Positions 9,401 to 21,104 of a DNA stretch of 64,000 nucleotides are shown here, one piece after another. Numbering within the stretch: position 1 is the stretch's first letter; each line of letters begins with the position of its first letter. The notes under the pieces were generated by a model. The model saw nothing but the letters and a program-made list of their open reading frames with translations. It ran no database searches and was not told where the DNA came from. Both the position numbers and the translations under genes were made by a program. Origin of the DNA: Methanotrichaceae archaeon (GTDB lineage: Archaea; Halobacteriota; Methanosarcinia; Methanotrichales; Methanotrichaceae); NCBI GenBank assembly GCA_963748825.1, contig CAVVKN010000022.1:96001-160000 (forward strand), read 5' to 3'.

Positions 9401-11311
9401 ATGGGAGACGAATTAACGGAAGAAATCAAAAGCAAATGGCCTAGCAAGTTCCGGGAGCAGGAGCGCTTCATTTTTCAGGAAATTCGCCCAGGCAACCGGA
9501 TATTCGTGGGCACGGGCTGTGGCGAGCCTCAGTATCTGGTCAGCTCTCTGCTCAATTTCGTCAAGAACCAGCCCAAGGCCTTCCTGGATGCCGAGCTGAT
9601 CAACATAGTTACCCTGGGTGTGGCACCCTACACGGACGAAAAGTTCAAAGACAACTTCCGGCTCAACTCCTTCTTCATTGGAGACAACACCCGAAAGGCC
9701 GTAAACCAGGGCGGGGCCGACTACACACCTATCTTTCTCTCTCAACTACCGGCGCTGATCCGATCGGAGAGGATACCTCTTGATGTGGCCCTCATCCAGA
9801 CCACGCCCCCCGACAAGGACGGCAACATGAACCTGGGCGTCAGCGTGGATATCGTTCGAGCGGCAGTGGAGAAGGCCGGAATTGTGATCGCCCAGCCCAA
9901 CTCCTACATGCCTGTTGTGGAAGGGGACGGCTGGATCAGCATGGATGACGTCGACTATATCATTGCAAAAGATGAGCCCCTGCTGGAGTACATCGAGGAT
10001 GTGCCTGGCGATATTGCTCAGAAGATCGGAAGGTACGTATCCCGCATCGTGGAAGACGGCTCTACCATCCAGGTAGGATACGGCAGCATTCCCAATGCAA
10101 TTGTCTCCTGTCTGCAAGGAAAAGAGCATCTGGGTGTGCACACGGAACTGCTTAACGACGGCATTGCAGGACTGATGGAAGATGGAATAATAGACAACAG
10201 CCAAAAGAGCATCAATCCAGGCAAGAGCATTGCCACCTTCTGCATGGGCCGGCGCCATACCTTCGATTTCCTGAGGGAGAGGAGCTCGATAGAGTTTCGC
10301 ACTATCGACTACACAAATAATCCACTCATCATTGCTCAGAACAGGAAGATGACGGCCATCAACAGCGCTCTGGAAGTCGATCTCACCGGGCAGGCCACGG
10401 CTGAGTCGCTGGGGCACAGCTTTTACAGCGGCATCGGCGGCCAGGCAGACTTCATGCGCGGAGCGGCCCTTGCCCCTGATGGAAAGACCATTCTCGCCCT
10501 GCCCTCCACAGCGCAAAGCATGGGACTGGATGCATCTCCAAGAGGACCGCTTGTCTCCCGGATTGTGCCCTTCCTGAAGGAGGGGGCGGGAGTGACCTTA
10601 ACGAGGGGCGATATTCACTATGTCGTCACAGAATACGGCATCGCCTACTTGCACGGCAAGAGCATTCGAGAGAGGGCCATGGACCTCATCTCCATTGCCA
10701 ATCCCAGCTTCCGGCTCTGGCTGATAGAGGAGGCAAAGAGGCTGCATCTCATTTATCCCGATCAGGCCTTCATTCCCGGCATAAAAGGCGAGTACCCCGA
10801 GGATCTGGAGGTTCAGAAGACCACCCGCACCGGTCTGCAGCTGCTCTTGCGGCCGATCAAGATCAGTGATGAGCCGCTGCTCAAGGATTTCTTTTACTCT
10901 CTATCCGATGAAAGCATGTATCAGAGGTTCATCTCCGCCAGGAGAGACATTCCCCATGAATTGCTGCAAAAGTTTGTGGCGGTAGACTACTTCCAAAAGA
11001 TGGTACTGGTAGCCGTAAGAGAAGAGGATGAAAGGGAGTCGATCTGCGGACTGGGCCAGTATGCCTTGAACAACGATATGTACACGGCAGACGTAGCTTT
11101 GGTGGTGAGGGACGACTGCCAGAAAAAGGGCGTGGCCGGAGAGCTGCTCAGCTATCTGACTTATCTTGCCAAGAAACAGGGGCTCCTGGGCTTCACGGCC
11201 GAGGTTCTGGTCGGAAATGAGCCAGTCTTCCGGCTCTTCAAAAAAATGGGATTTGACGTGAGCAAGAGAAACGAGGAGGGCGTCTACGAGATGAAGGCCA
11301 TGTTTCGATGA
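9401..11311 (+). CDS. Acetyl-CoA hydrolase/CoA-transferase fused to a C-terminal GNAT acetyltransferase
   Basis: GVHTELL (catalytic Glu), AINSALEVDLTGQ, SGIGGQADF and YVVTEYGIA, followed by a GNAT region (LSDESMYQRF, VRDDCQKKGVA). Confidence 0.92.
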   Translation: MGDELTEEIKSKWPSKFREQERFIFQEIRPGNRIFVGTGCGEPQYLVSSLLNFVKNQPKAFLDAELINIVTLGVAPYTDEKFKDNFRLNSFFIGDNTRKAVNQGGADYTPIFLSQLPALIRSERIPLDVALIQTTPPDKDGNMNLGVSVDIVRAAVEKAGIVIAQPNSYMPVVEGDGWISMDDVDYIIAKDEPLLEYIEDVPGDIAQKIGRYVSRIVEDGSTIQVGYGSIPNAIVSCLQGKEHLGVHTELLNDGIAGLMEDGIIDNSQKSINPGKSIATFCMGRRHTFDFLRERSSIEFRTIDYTNNPLIIAQNRKMTAINSALEVDLTGQATAESLGHSFYSGIGGQADFMRGAALAPDGKTILALPSTAQSMGLDASPRGPLVSRIVPFLKEGAGVTLTRGDIHYVVTEYGIAYLHGKSIRERAMDLISIANPSFRLWLIEEAKRLHLIYPDQAFIPGIKGEYPEDLEVQKTTRTGLQLLLRPIKISDEPLLKDFFYSLSDESMYQRFISARRDIPHELLQKFVAVDYFQKMVLVAVREEDERESICGLGQYALNNDMYTADVALVVRDDCQKKGVAGELLSYLTYLAKKQGLLGFTAEVLVGNEPVFRLFKKMGFDVSKRNEEGVYEMKAMFR

Positions 11312-11359
11312 TATTTATTTCCTATCACCAATCTTCTTGGCCTTTTTGACCCTCCTTGT

Positions 11360-11385
11360 GCAGGCGGGCCTCGTTTTCCAGGGCG
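11360..11385. repeat. 26-bp direct repeat, copy 1 (left flank of hicBA)
   Basis: GCAGGCGGGCCTCGTTTTCCAGGGCG, 25/26 identical to 12039-12064. Confidence 0.85.
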
Positions 11386-11425
11386 TCGGTCCGCGCATGT
11401 CGTCTTAAAAGTTATATTATTATCA

Positions 11426-11647
11426 TTATGCGGAAATCCAATCCGCGCGGGAGATCCCAGCATCTTTTAAAATTGTTTTAATGAGACTTACATCTACGTC
11501 CTCGCCTTGATGCGGATTTGGCAAGATGATAACAGTGTCTCCGATGACCATGTAAGGGTGCTTGCTGCCATGGTGCGGTCCTTCCAATCCCAGCTTCTTC
11601 AGCTTCTTAATGAGGACTCGATAAGGAACGGGAATTATTCTACACAA
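11426..11647 (-). CDS. hicA: HicA family mRNA interferase toxin
   Basis: LIKKLKKLG..GSKHPYM...LPNPH..IKTILKDAGIS. Probable TTG start at 11647 overlaps the end of hicB. Confidence 0.88.
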   Translation of the reverse strand: MCRIIPVPYRVLIKKLKKLGLEGPHHGSKHPYMVIGDTVIILPNPHQGEDVDVSLIKTILKDAGISRADWISA

Positions 11648-11891
11648 TGGCCATCGGCTCCTGAGAGACCCCGATCGCATAACCCTCAAGGGACGGAATG
11701 GCGAAGCCTCTTTGCAGACGAATGATAATCCATTCCTCAATGACCTCGATAAGATCTTCCCGGCATTTCTCAATAGTTTCGCCGGTGGCTATCACGCCAC
11801 GAAGACCTTCCACCGTGGCCATGTAGGTGCCATTTTCCAGGGATTCGTACTTCGCTCGCCCCAGAGCGGCTCCGATATACTCCGAGAACAT
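11640..11891 (-). CDS. hicB: HicB family antitoxin (short, UPF0150 type)
   Basis: YMATVEGLRGVIATGETIEKCREDLIEVIEEW...IP; coupled to hicA. Confidence 0.88.
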   Translation of the reverse strand: MFSEYIGAALGRAKYESLENGTYMATVEGLRGVIATGETIEKCREDLIEVIEEWIIIRLQRGFAIPSLEGYAIGVSQEPMAIV

Positions 11892-11916
11892 GATGAGTTC
11901 TACTACTCGATGGGAT

Positions 11917-12186
11917 TTAACTTTTATCGTTTGGTTTTGGTTTCATGAGGAGCCTTTTGCGCCGGCTGCGTCCTCCCACCAGTGTCCCCGCCCCGCTGGC
12001 TGCCAGCTCCTCCTGCATGGCCCGGAAAGAATCCCCCGGCAGGCGGGCCTCGTTTTCGAGGGCGGTGATATCCAGGCGCTCAACCTCAGCGGGCGCAAGC
12101 GCAATCTGTCCATTCAAGGGCTCAGTGGTTTGTCGTTTTGCAGGTCTTCCTCTTCTTGCCAACTGGGATGCATCTCCTGTATTCAA
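11917..12186 (-). pseudogene. Degenerate remnant of a small multicopy ORF (ALENEARL motif)
   Basis: Contains repeat copy 2. The same ALENEARL peptide is encoded at 11360-11385. Family identity is from recollection only. Confidence 0.4.
12039..12064. repeat. 26-bp direct repeat, copy 2 (right flank of hicBA)
   Basis: GCAGGCGGGCCTCGTTTTCGAGGGCG; the single difference from copy 1 is synonymous (CTG/CTC) on the minus strand. Confidence 0.85.
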
Positions 12187-12264
12187 AGACAGAACAAGAG
12201 TATGTCAACTCTTCGCTTGACGTTGCCAAGATTGGGGGAGCGTTCCCTTAATTGTGTTTTTTAT

Positions 12265-12770
12265 TTAATAATCCTGAATATACCATCCCGTCAATATCTC
12301 GAAGGGTCTTTTTGCTAAATATAAGTGAGAATCGGATCTCTTCTCAATGCCGAATTGAATCTGCCCTTTGAGGATAGCGAGCCTCATCTTGGCTCTGGAA
12401 AAATCCCTTTCGTAGACCCATGAGCGATCTATTGTGGCGCTGCTCTGGCCTTTGCATTCCTCGCATTCATTTCCCATTCCCGCTTTGCCATTGATTCGCT
12501 GGGAAAGCACGGTTCCCGGCAGCGGGTGGGCAACCGTGAAGGAGAGATAATCGAGGGAAAGTGAGGTGGCAAACCTTATGGTCTTGAGCACTGTATCGTC
12601 AGTGTCTCCCGGGTAGTTAGAACCGAAGTGGCAGAGTAGCCAAGCCTCCTCTTCCAGTGATCGATATACTTTTGGTTTGGGAACAGATGCCTGGCCGGAA
12701 ATGGTATCTGGTCCAGATGGGGCTGCAGATCCCTCTTTGGCGTCTGGATGGTAACGCCTTGTTGCGGATG
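12265..12770 (-). pseudogene. B12-binding radical SAM protein remnant (5'-truncated and internally deleted)
   Basis: One frame reads LDQIPFPARHLF...TSVLTTR. It then switches at 12608-12616 to YPGDTDDTVLKTIRFATSLSLDYLSFTVAHPLPGT. The CxxxCxxC core is absent. Confidence 0.85.
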
Positions 12771-12779
12771 TCGATAATC

Positions 12780-13589
12780 TTATCCGTAAGTCTCTCTAAT
12801 CAGTCCCAATGCCGATTCCTGCACCTGGTCCACAAATTTTGCAGGAACGTAGGATCTGGGCGTCTGCGAGCGGGCCAGGCAAATGAATTCCGGTTTGGCA
12901 ACGCTCTCCAGGACGCGCGAGACTCCAGCCAGCCTCTTTTTCATGACCTCATCCGGCGGACCTCTGTCGCCGTTTCCATACAGGCCGTCCAGATCAAAGC
13001 CTATCGCAGTGGGAAGAAGGCAATCTTGCAGATCCCTATGAAAATCATTCAGGGTTATCTTCCGGGGTGCAGGAAAGCTTTTGGCGCTCTGGCCCTTTAG
13101 CTGGATTAAGTCCTCATCCCAGACAATCCATTTGCCTTTTCTTTCATTTGGATGAGCGCTTCTCTCAGCTGTTCTGGGCGCGTCGATCATCTCTGATCCG
13201 GATACTCTTCCATAGGCATCTATTTGATTTTCCTGCGGATTGAAATGATATAGAGCCCCTACGACACTGTAGTGAAATCCGGGGCAGGTGAAATTGCCTT
13301 CGTTGATTTTTTCCCGGCAATAGTCCTGCAGGTAGGGCATTAGTCTTGCTATAAATTGGAACTTTTCCCTTCCTTCTCGGGCGGGCAGAGCCGGACAATA
13401 GTGGAACATGTCATGGTGGGCATCTATGCGTACTACTATCAGGCTACACTTATGGCGCAAGAATTCCTTGAACCAATACGGGACGACCTCGTTATGGGGA
13501 TCGATGATGACGATCTTTATTCCACCGATGAACAGCTCGACGGGGGAAAACCGGCAGGAACCTGGAGACACGGAAACCCTCCTGGGCAC
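12780..13589 (-). CDS. Hypothetical protein with arginase/UPF0489-like metal-binding motifs (start uncertain)
   Basis: IIDPHNEV, RIDAHHDM, INEGNF, FDLDG and ARSQTP motifs. Confidence 0.65.
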   Translation of the reverse strand: MPRRVSVSPGSCRFSPVELFIGGIKIVIIDPHNEVVPYWFKEFLRHKCSLIVVRIDAHHDMFHYCPALPAREGREKFQFIARLMPYLQDYCREKINEGNFTCPGFHYSVVGALYHFNPQENQIDAYGRVSGSEMIDAPRTAERSAHPNERKGKWIVWDEDLIQLKGQSAKSFPAPRKITLNDFHRDLQDCLLPTAIGFDLDGLYGNGDRGPPDEVMKKRLAGVSRVLESVAKPEFICLARSQTPRSYVPAKFVDQVQESALGLIRETYG

Positions 13590-13753
13590 AGAGGCGGGGC
13601 GATTCTGTTATCAATTCCAAGCTTTGCTTTGCTAACTATTATTAGTGTATATTGTGGTCCTCTAAACTTAATAAATTTAACGCATGTTCACTGCCTATTC
13701 ACTCGACAATGATATGATGTTGAAGATCCAAGCGTTGAGCGAGGAGATGTTAA

Positions 13754-14224
13754 ATGAGATCTCGTAACAGTCTAATTCTTGCATTGCTCTCTGCCTCGAT
13801 TATCATCTGGCTGGGGGCAGCCCAGTGCAGCGTCGTCATCAATGAGGTGGAGGCAAACCCGGCTGGGGATGAAGATGCCTTCAAGACCCCCATAATGGCA
13901 TGGTTTGAGCTTTATAATAATGACGACAAAGAGGTGGATATCAGCGGGTGGAGCATAAATAACTCAGAAGGAAGATCTATGACACTTCCTCAGGGTGCTG
14001 TCATTAGAGGTTTGGATTATTACGTGCTGGATATGAGGTCCAAATGGCTGGATCACAGCGGAGAGGTTCTGGTGCTTCAGAATGCCACCGGGGCAGAGGT
14101 GGACCGGACGGCAGTTCTCAACGATGGAGAGGATAATGAAGGTGCCTGGACACGAGATCCGGATGGGAGGGACACCAACAGCACGGATGACTGGAAGTTC
14201 CTGGCCAGCAGTCGTGGATTTTGA
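13754..14224 (+). CDS. Secreted lamin-tail-domain protein
   Basis: Signal peptide, VVINEVEANPAG, WFELYN..VDISGW and RDPDG.DTNSTDDW. Confidence 0.85.
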   Translation: MRSRNSLILALLSASIIIWLGAAQCSVVINEVEANPAGDEDAFKTPIMAWFELYNNDDKEVDISGWSINNSEGRSMTLPQGAVIRGLDYYVLDMRSKWLDHSGEVLVLQNATGAEVDRTAVLNDGEDNEGAWTRDPDGRDTNSTDDWKFLASSRGF

Positions 14225-14778
14225 TGGGATACGAGATCTCGCTCAAATTGGCCTGGGATGAGCTGGACCGGCTCGCTTTGCAGGATTGCACCGTCTCCTT
14301 CCTGGGAGAAAATTACCAGTTGAGAGCAGGCGAAAGAGCAGTGCTGCAGCTCTCCGGCGCTCCTGCAGGGGAAATGGAAGCTGTACTCATTTTGCACTAC
14401 CTGATCGGCCTTTTGAAGCACGGCTTTCACACTACGGGCGAGTGGATCTCTTTCAAAGAGACCAAAGGCGGCAAGCTCTTCTGGCCTGCCTTCCAGGAGA
14501 GCTGCATCAAGCCGCTTGTGCAGAGCTTTCAGCGGGACCCGGAGGGCCTGATGCGGAATTTGTCGGCGCGCCTGGGAGGCAGAAGGGTAGAGGGCGGGGA
14601 TGTGGCTGTGGAACTGGCCACGTTTCCTGAGGTCCACGTCCGAATGCTCTTCTGGAAAGGGGACGAGGAGCTGCCGCCCGAGGCGAGCATGCTCTTTGAC
14701 CGGGGACTGACCGAAATCTACAGCACGGAGGATGTGGCGGTGCTTCTCATGGCTGTAGTGCAAAGGGCAATAAAATAA
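14224..14778 (+). CDS. DUF3786 family protein
   Basis: VLILHYL, GEWISFKE.KGG, FP.V...FWKGDEELPPEASMLFD and TEDVA. Confidence 0.85.
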   Translation: MGYEISLKLAWDELDRLALQDCTVSFLGENYQLRAGERAVLQLSGAPAGEMEAVLILHYLIGLLKHGFHTTGEWISFKETKGGKLFWPAFQESCIKPLVQSFQRDPEGLMRNLSARLGGRRVEGGDVAVELATFPEVHVRMLFWKGDEELPPEASMLFDRGLTEIYSTEDVAVLLMAVVQRAIK

Positions 14779-14820
14779 GTCCTGGCTTTGTTTTAGTAGA
14801 GTGATTTTCTCCCACCCGCT

Positions 14821-14864
14821 GTTTCGACTTCTCGTCGAAACTCTCGCTGATCCGCGGTCAGCGA
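14821..14864. other. Twin adjacent perfect hairpins in intergenic DNA
   Basis: GTTTCGAC-TTCTC-GTCGAAAC (14821-14841) and TCGCTGA-TCCGCGG-TCAGCGA (14844-14864). Confidence 0.6.
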
Positions 14865-14971
14865 TATTTGTCCTTCGCAATCCTACGAGTTAAAACCATA
14901 TGAATAACCCAAATAGTAGTAATAGATGGACAGAGAGTACTAATCGTCAAAAATATCATGGAATGAAATAA

Positions 14972-15754
14972 ATGAAAGGGAAATATACAATTATTGGAGC
15001 ACTGCTTTCCATAATGGCTTTAGCTCTGCTCCCCGGCGCGGTGTGTGCGGATGACGACATCCTATTCCAGGTATCCACCATAGATGCCCTGCTGCAGGGC
15101 GTTTTTGATGGCTTTTACACCTTCGATGATCTCAAGACACATGGCGATTTCGGCATAGGCACCTTCGATTCGCTCGATGGTGAGATGATCGCCCTGGACG
15201 GGCATTACTATCAGATTAAGGCGGACGGTGTGGCCTATCCGGTGCAGGGCAATATGACCTCGCCCTTTTCCACAGTGACCTACTTTCAAGCTGATCAAAC
15301 CATAGCAATTCAAAACGCCAGCAACTTCACAGAGCTTTCCCGTCAGTTAGATGAGCAGCTGCCCTCCAGGAATGCTTTCTATGCAGTGAGGATCGACGGG
15401 ACCTTCCCCTACATCAAGACCAGGAGTGTTCCCAAGCAGGAGAAGCCTTATCCACGTCTGGCTGATGCAGTCAAGAATCAATCGGTCTTCGAGTTTACCA
15501 ATGCCACCGGATCTGTGGTTGGTGTCTGGGCACCTGATTTTTCCAAGGGCCTCAACGTCCCAGGATACCATCTTCACTTCATAACCGCGGACAGAAAGGC
15601 AGGAGGGCATATCCTTGATCTTCAGGTTGATGAGGCCGAGGCCAAGGTGGACATCACGGCCGGATTTGCCATGCAGCTCCCCACAACGGGTGATTTCTAC
15701 AATGTCGATCTGACCCAGGATCTGCAATCCGAGCTTCAGAAGATTGAGAAATGA
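14972..15754 (+). CDS. budA: Alpha-acetolactate decarboxylase with N-terminal signal peptide
   Basis: FQVSTIDALLQG, HGDFGIGTFDSLDGEM, TRSVP and the Zn-binding GYHLHF...GGH. Confidence 0.93.
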   Translation: MKGKYTIIGALLSIMALALLPGAVCADDDILFQVSTIDALLQGVFDGFYTFDDLKTHGDFGIGTFDSLDGEMIALDGHYYQIKADGVAYPVQGNMTSPFSTVTYFQADQTIAIQNASNFTELSRQLDEQLPSRNAFYAVRIDGTFPYIKTRSVPKQEKPYPRLADAVKNQSVFEFTNATGSVVGVWAPDFSKGLNVPGYHLHFITADRKAGGHILDLQVDEAEAKVDITAGFAMQLPTTGDFYNVDLTQDLQSELQKIEK

Positions 15755-15780
15755 GGGGCAAAGTGCAATAGTTGGCACAA

Positions 15781-15790
15781 TTTTTTTATT
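15781..15790 (+). terminator. Oligo-T archaeal terminator after budA
   Basis: TTTTTTTATT about 25 nt after the stop codon. Confidence 0.45.
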
Positions 15791-15814
15791 ATTGGGCAAG
15801 ATGATGCAGCTTCT

Positions 15815-17354
15815 GAACATGCTCAATAGGCTGTGGAGGACTTGCTCCGCATAAGGAGTTGGGACAACCTTGGCATCGAGTAGCTCCCAGATATAATATC
15901 CAGAATATACTCGAAATAGCTAACTCCTTGCTTTCTGCATGTGTCAAGGATAGTCAATTGATTCTCCCAAGCGGCCTTGCCGGATTCGCTTCGAGTTCCG
16001 TAGCTGATCTTCCTCTTGATCACGCCTTCCCGCACAGCTATCTCGGAACCGTTGTTATGTAACGGCAGCTCAGGATAGATCAGTACCTTCAGTAACCTAT
16101 CCTTTCGCTTTCTCGTCGATGCTATTGTTTCATCCAGCATCACATAACCTGTTTTGGCTGTGGGCGAGAAGATGAAATCAAAGAACCACTCAAGATATAC
16201 CCCAAAACCACAATCAGGATTCTCTTTAAAATCCGCCAGCAGTTCATAATAGTGCCATAGCCGATCGATAAAACCACTCAGCAGAGTTCTATGTTGTTCG
16301 AGAACGGGTGTTAGTTTCCTATAATGCCGTATCTCATGTATCCAGCATAACCCCTGCTTTGAAGATATGGAATGGAATTGCTGGGCAGCATCCGAAACCA
16401 TTGGCTTGTCTATTTGCTCGCCTTCTTTTAATCCGAAAATGGATCTCAAATCATCTTTGCTTTTTCCACCTAGAATGAAGAACGAGCCGAACTGATCATT
16501 GCACACCACGTCCAGATAATGATTTTTCCCTGCGTGCCTGGCACCAGTGTCATCTATCTGAAAGTAATCTGCGTTCGCCATACCGGTTTTGAATATCGCA
16601 TTTTTTTCGGCGGTAAATTCTTCGCGCTTCTCTTCGATCATGATGTTTGAGATCGTGCCTTCAGAGATGATGGTGCCGATGCTCTCAAAGATCTTCTGGA
16701 TTTTGTTCTCGGTTACTCTTCCCAGGTTATGGAGGGTGATCGCGAATGCTTTCAGGCGGCTTCCAAAACTGGTCCCTTGCAGATCCTTTGGAAGTTTCGC
16801 TTCGAAGGTCTTTTTTAAGGAAGGCGAATAGAATCGCTCAAGAAGGCACTCCGTGTTGCATGTTTTAAATGTAATGTCTTGAATAACTACGCTGCGAAAA
16901 CCCTTTGGAATCGCATCATCTGGAAGAATGCTCCTTTCGACGCAGAACTTCTGAATGCGATCTATCTTGACTCTGGTTATTTTGGCTTCCTTTTTCCAGG
17001 GTTTGGATTTACCTACTTGATGATTGGGTTTGTCACGAGGAATATCAGGAACGTTTGGCAGTATCTTTGGTTTGCCTTTTTCATCTTTCAAACGCGCGAC
17101 TTCATCTCGAAGTTGCTGAATCTCCTCTTTGAGCTTTTTTATGATATGGTCTTGAACTTCAATTATATCTGAGGGATTACGAGATAGAGCCAGTATCTTA
17201 TCTAGATGCTTTAGATCAAGATGGTCGGCATTCAAGTGCGATACGTCCTGCTCTATACTTCCATTCACATATTTATGTTAGATACTATTACTATTTATAA
17301 TTTTACTATATTGGCTTGGTTTAAATCTGTATCCACATGATATTGAGCATGTTC
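15815..17354 (-). mobile_element. Complete IS66-family insertion sequence (single-ORF, ISBst12-like), 1540 bp
   Basis: Perfect 14-bp TIRs GAACATGCTCAATA (15815-15828 and 17341-17354), and an 8-bp target duplication CAGCTTCT (15807-15814 and 17355-17362). Confidence 0.95.
15823..17268 (-). CDS. IS66-family DDE transposase
   Basis: N-terminal coiled coil, ISEGTISN, QIDDTG, VSDA, LCWIHEIRH, PLHNNGSEIAVR...KRKISYGTRS and TCRKQGVS. Confidence 0.92.
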   Translation of the reverse strand: MNGSIEQDVSHLNADHLDLKHLDKILALSRNPSDIIEVQDHIIKKLKEEIQQLRDEVARLKDEKGKPKILPNVPDIPRDKPNHQVGKSKPWKKEAKITRVKIDRIQKFCVERSILPDDAIPKGFRSVVIQDITFKTCNTECLLERFYSPSLKKTFEAKLPKDLQGTSFGSRLKAFAITLHNLGRVTENKIQKIFESIGTIISEGTISNIMIEEKREEFTAEKNAIFKTGMANADYFQIDDTGARHAGKNHYLDVVCNDQFGSFFILGGKSKDDLRSIFGLKEGEQIDKPMVSDAAQQFHSISSKQGLCWIHEIRHYRKLTPVLEQHRTLLSGFIDRLWHYYELLADFKENPDCGFGVYLEWFFDFIFSPTAKTGYVMLDETIASTRKRKDRLLKVLIYPELPLHNNGSEIAVREGVIKRKISYGTRSESGKAAWENQLTILDTCRKQGVSYFEYILDIISGSYSMPRLSQLLMRSKSSTAY

Positions 17355-17391
17355 CAGCTTCTCGTGGAAATAATCGCAATCACCGGGGTCA

Positions 17392-17409
17392 ACTGTCACT
17401 CGTGACAGT
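17392..17409. promoter_or_regulatory. Perfect palindrome upstream of uvrA
   Basis: ACTGTCAC-TC-GTGACAGT, about 160 bp before the uvrA ATG. Confidence 0.35.
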
Positions 17410-17566
17410 CTTTTGAGGATTTCGAAAACCATTAAAGCCAGTTGTGTCTTTTCTTCTGGAAACAGTTCAAATTCAAACCCGTCTCAAAAAGATGGCCTGA
17501 AAAGGATTAAGTCCTTCCTCCTCCCAAGGCTTATAATCGACCATAAAAACCCACGAGATAAGCGAA

Positions 17567-20497
<2,931 letters not shown>

Positions 20498-20561
20498 CTT
20501 CTGCTCTCCAACCGCTATGCTAAATATCATGTAGCAGCTTCGCTAAAATCAGGATGCTAAA

Positions 20562-21092
20562 ATGACCCGAATAATCGCTTTATCCGATACTCATCTAGAG
20601 AATGAGAAGCTTCCTCCCGCTGTGGCAGCGCTTGCCAGCAAAGCGGATCTCATCCTTCACGCCGGCGATTTCGTCTCCACGCAGTGCCACGCCGCCCTGG
20701 CGGCCCTGGGCCAGTTGGAGGCTGTGCATGGAAACTCGGATTGCTACGAGCTGAAGAAGCTCCTGCCAGAGAGAAAGGTGATCGAGGTGGAGGGGATCAG
20801 AATCGGCCTCGTGCACATGGCCTCGCACGGCCAAGATCTGGTGGGGGCGGAGATGATGGCAAGGGAGATGGATGTACAGGTGCTGGTCTTCGGGCATATC
20901 CATCGCCCTCTCATCGAGAAGGGCAAGCTACTCCTCATTTGCCCAGGCAGCACCACGCTTCCCCGCATGTCGGCGCCTTCTGTTGCCGAGCTGGAGATTG
21001 TGGACGGCAATGTGAGGGGCAATATCATTCCTGTGGGAAGCCCTGCCTGCAATTATCTCAAGTTCGCCGGGGAGCTGGCGAGAAAGGGCTAG
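20562..21092 (+). CDS. YfcE/MJ0936 family metallophosphoesterase
   Basis: SDTH, HAGD, VHGNSD, FGHIH and CPGS motifs. Confidence 0.92.
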   Translation: MTRIIALSDTHLENEKLPPAVAALASKADLILHAGDFVSTQCHAALAALGQLEAVHGNSDCYELKKLLPERKVIEVEGIRIGLVHMASHGQDLVGAEMMAREMDVQVLVFGHIHRPLIEKGKLLLICPGSTTLPRMSAPSVAELEIVDGNVRGNIIPVGSPACNYLKFAGELARKG

Positions 21093-21104
21093 AACCTCGT
21101 CCCC

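Noticed and set aside
11312-11425. Integron attC site beside hicBA (also checked after SIR2, 39500-39560)
   Set aside because: No RYYYAAC...GTTRRRY pair with a matching hairpin, and no integron integrase in the window.
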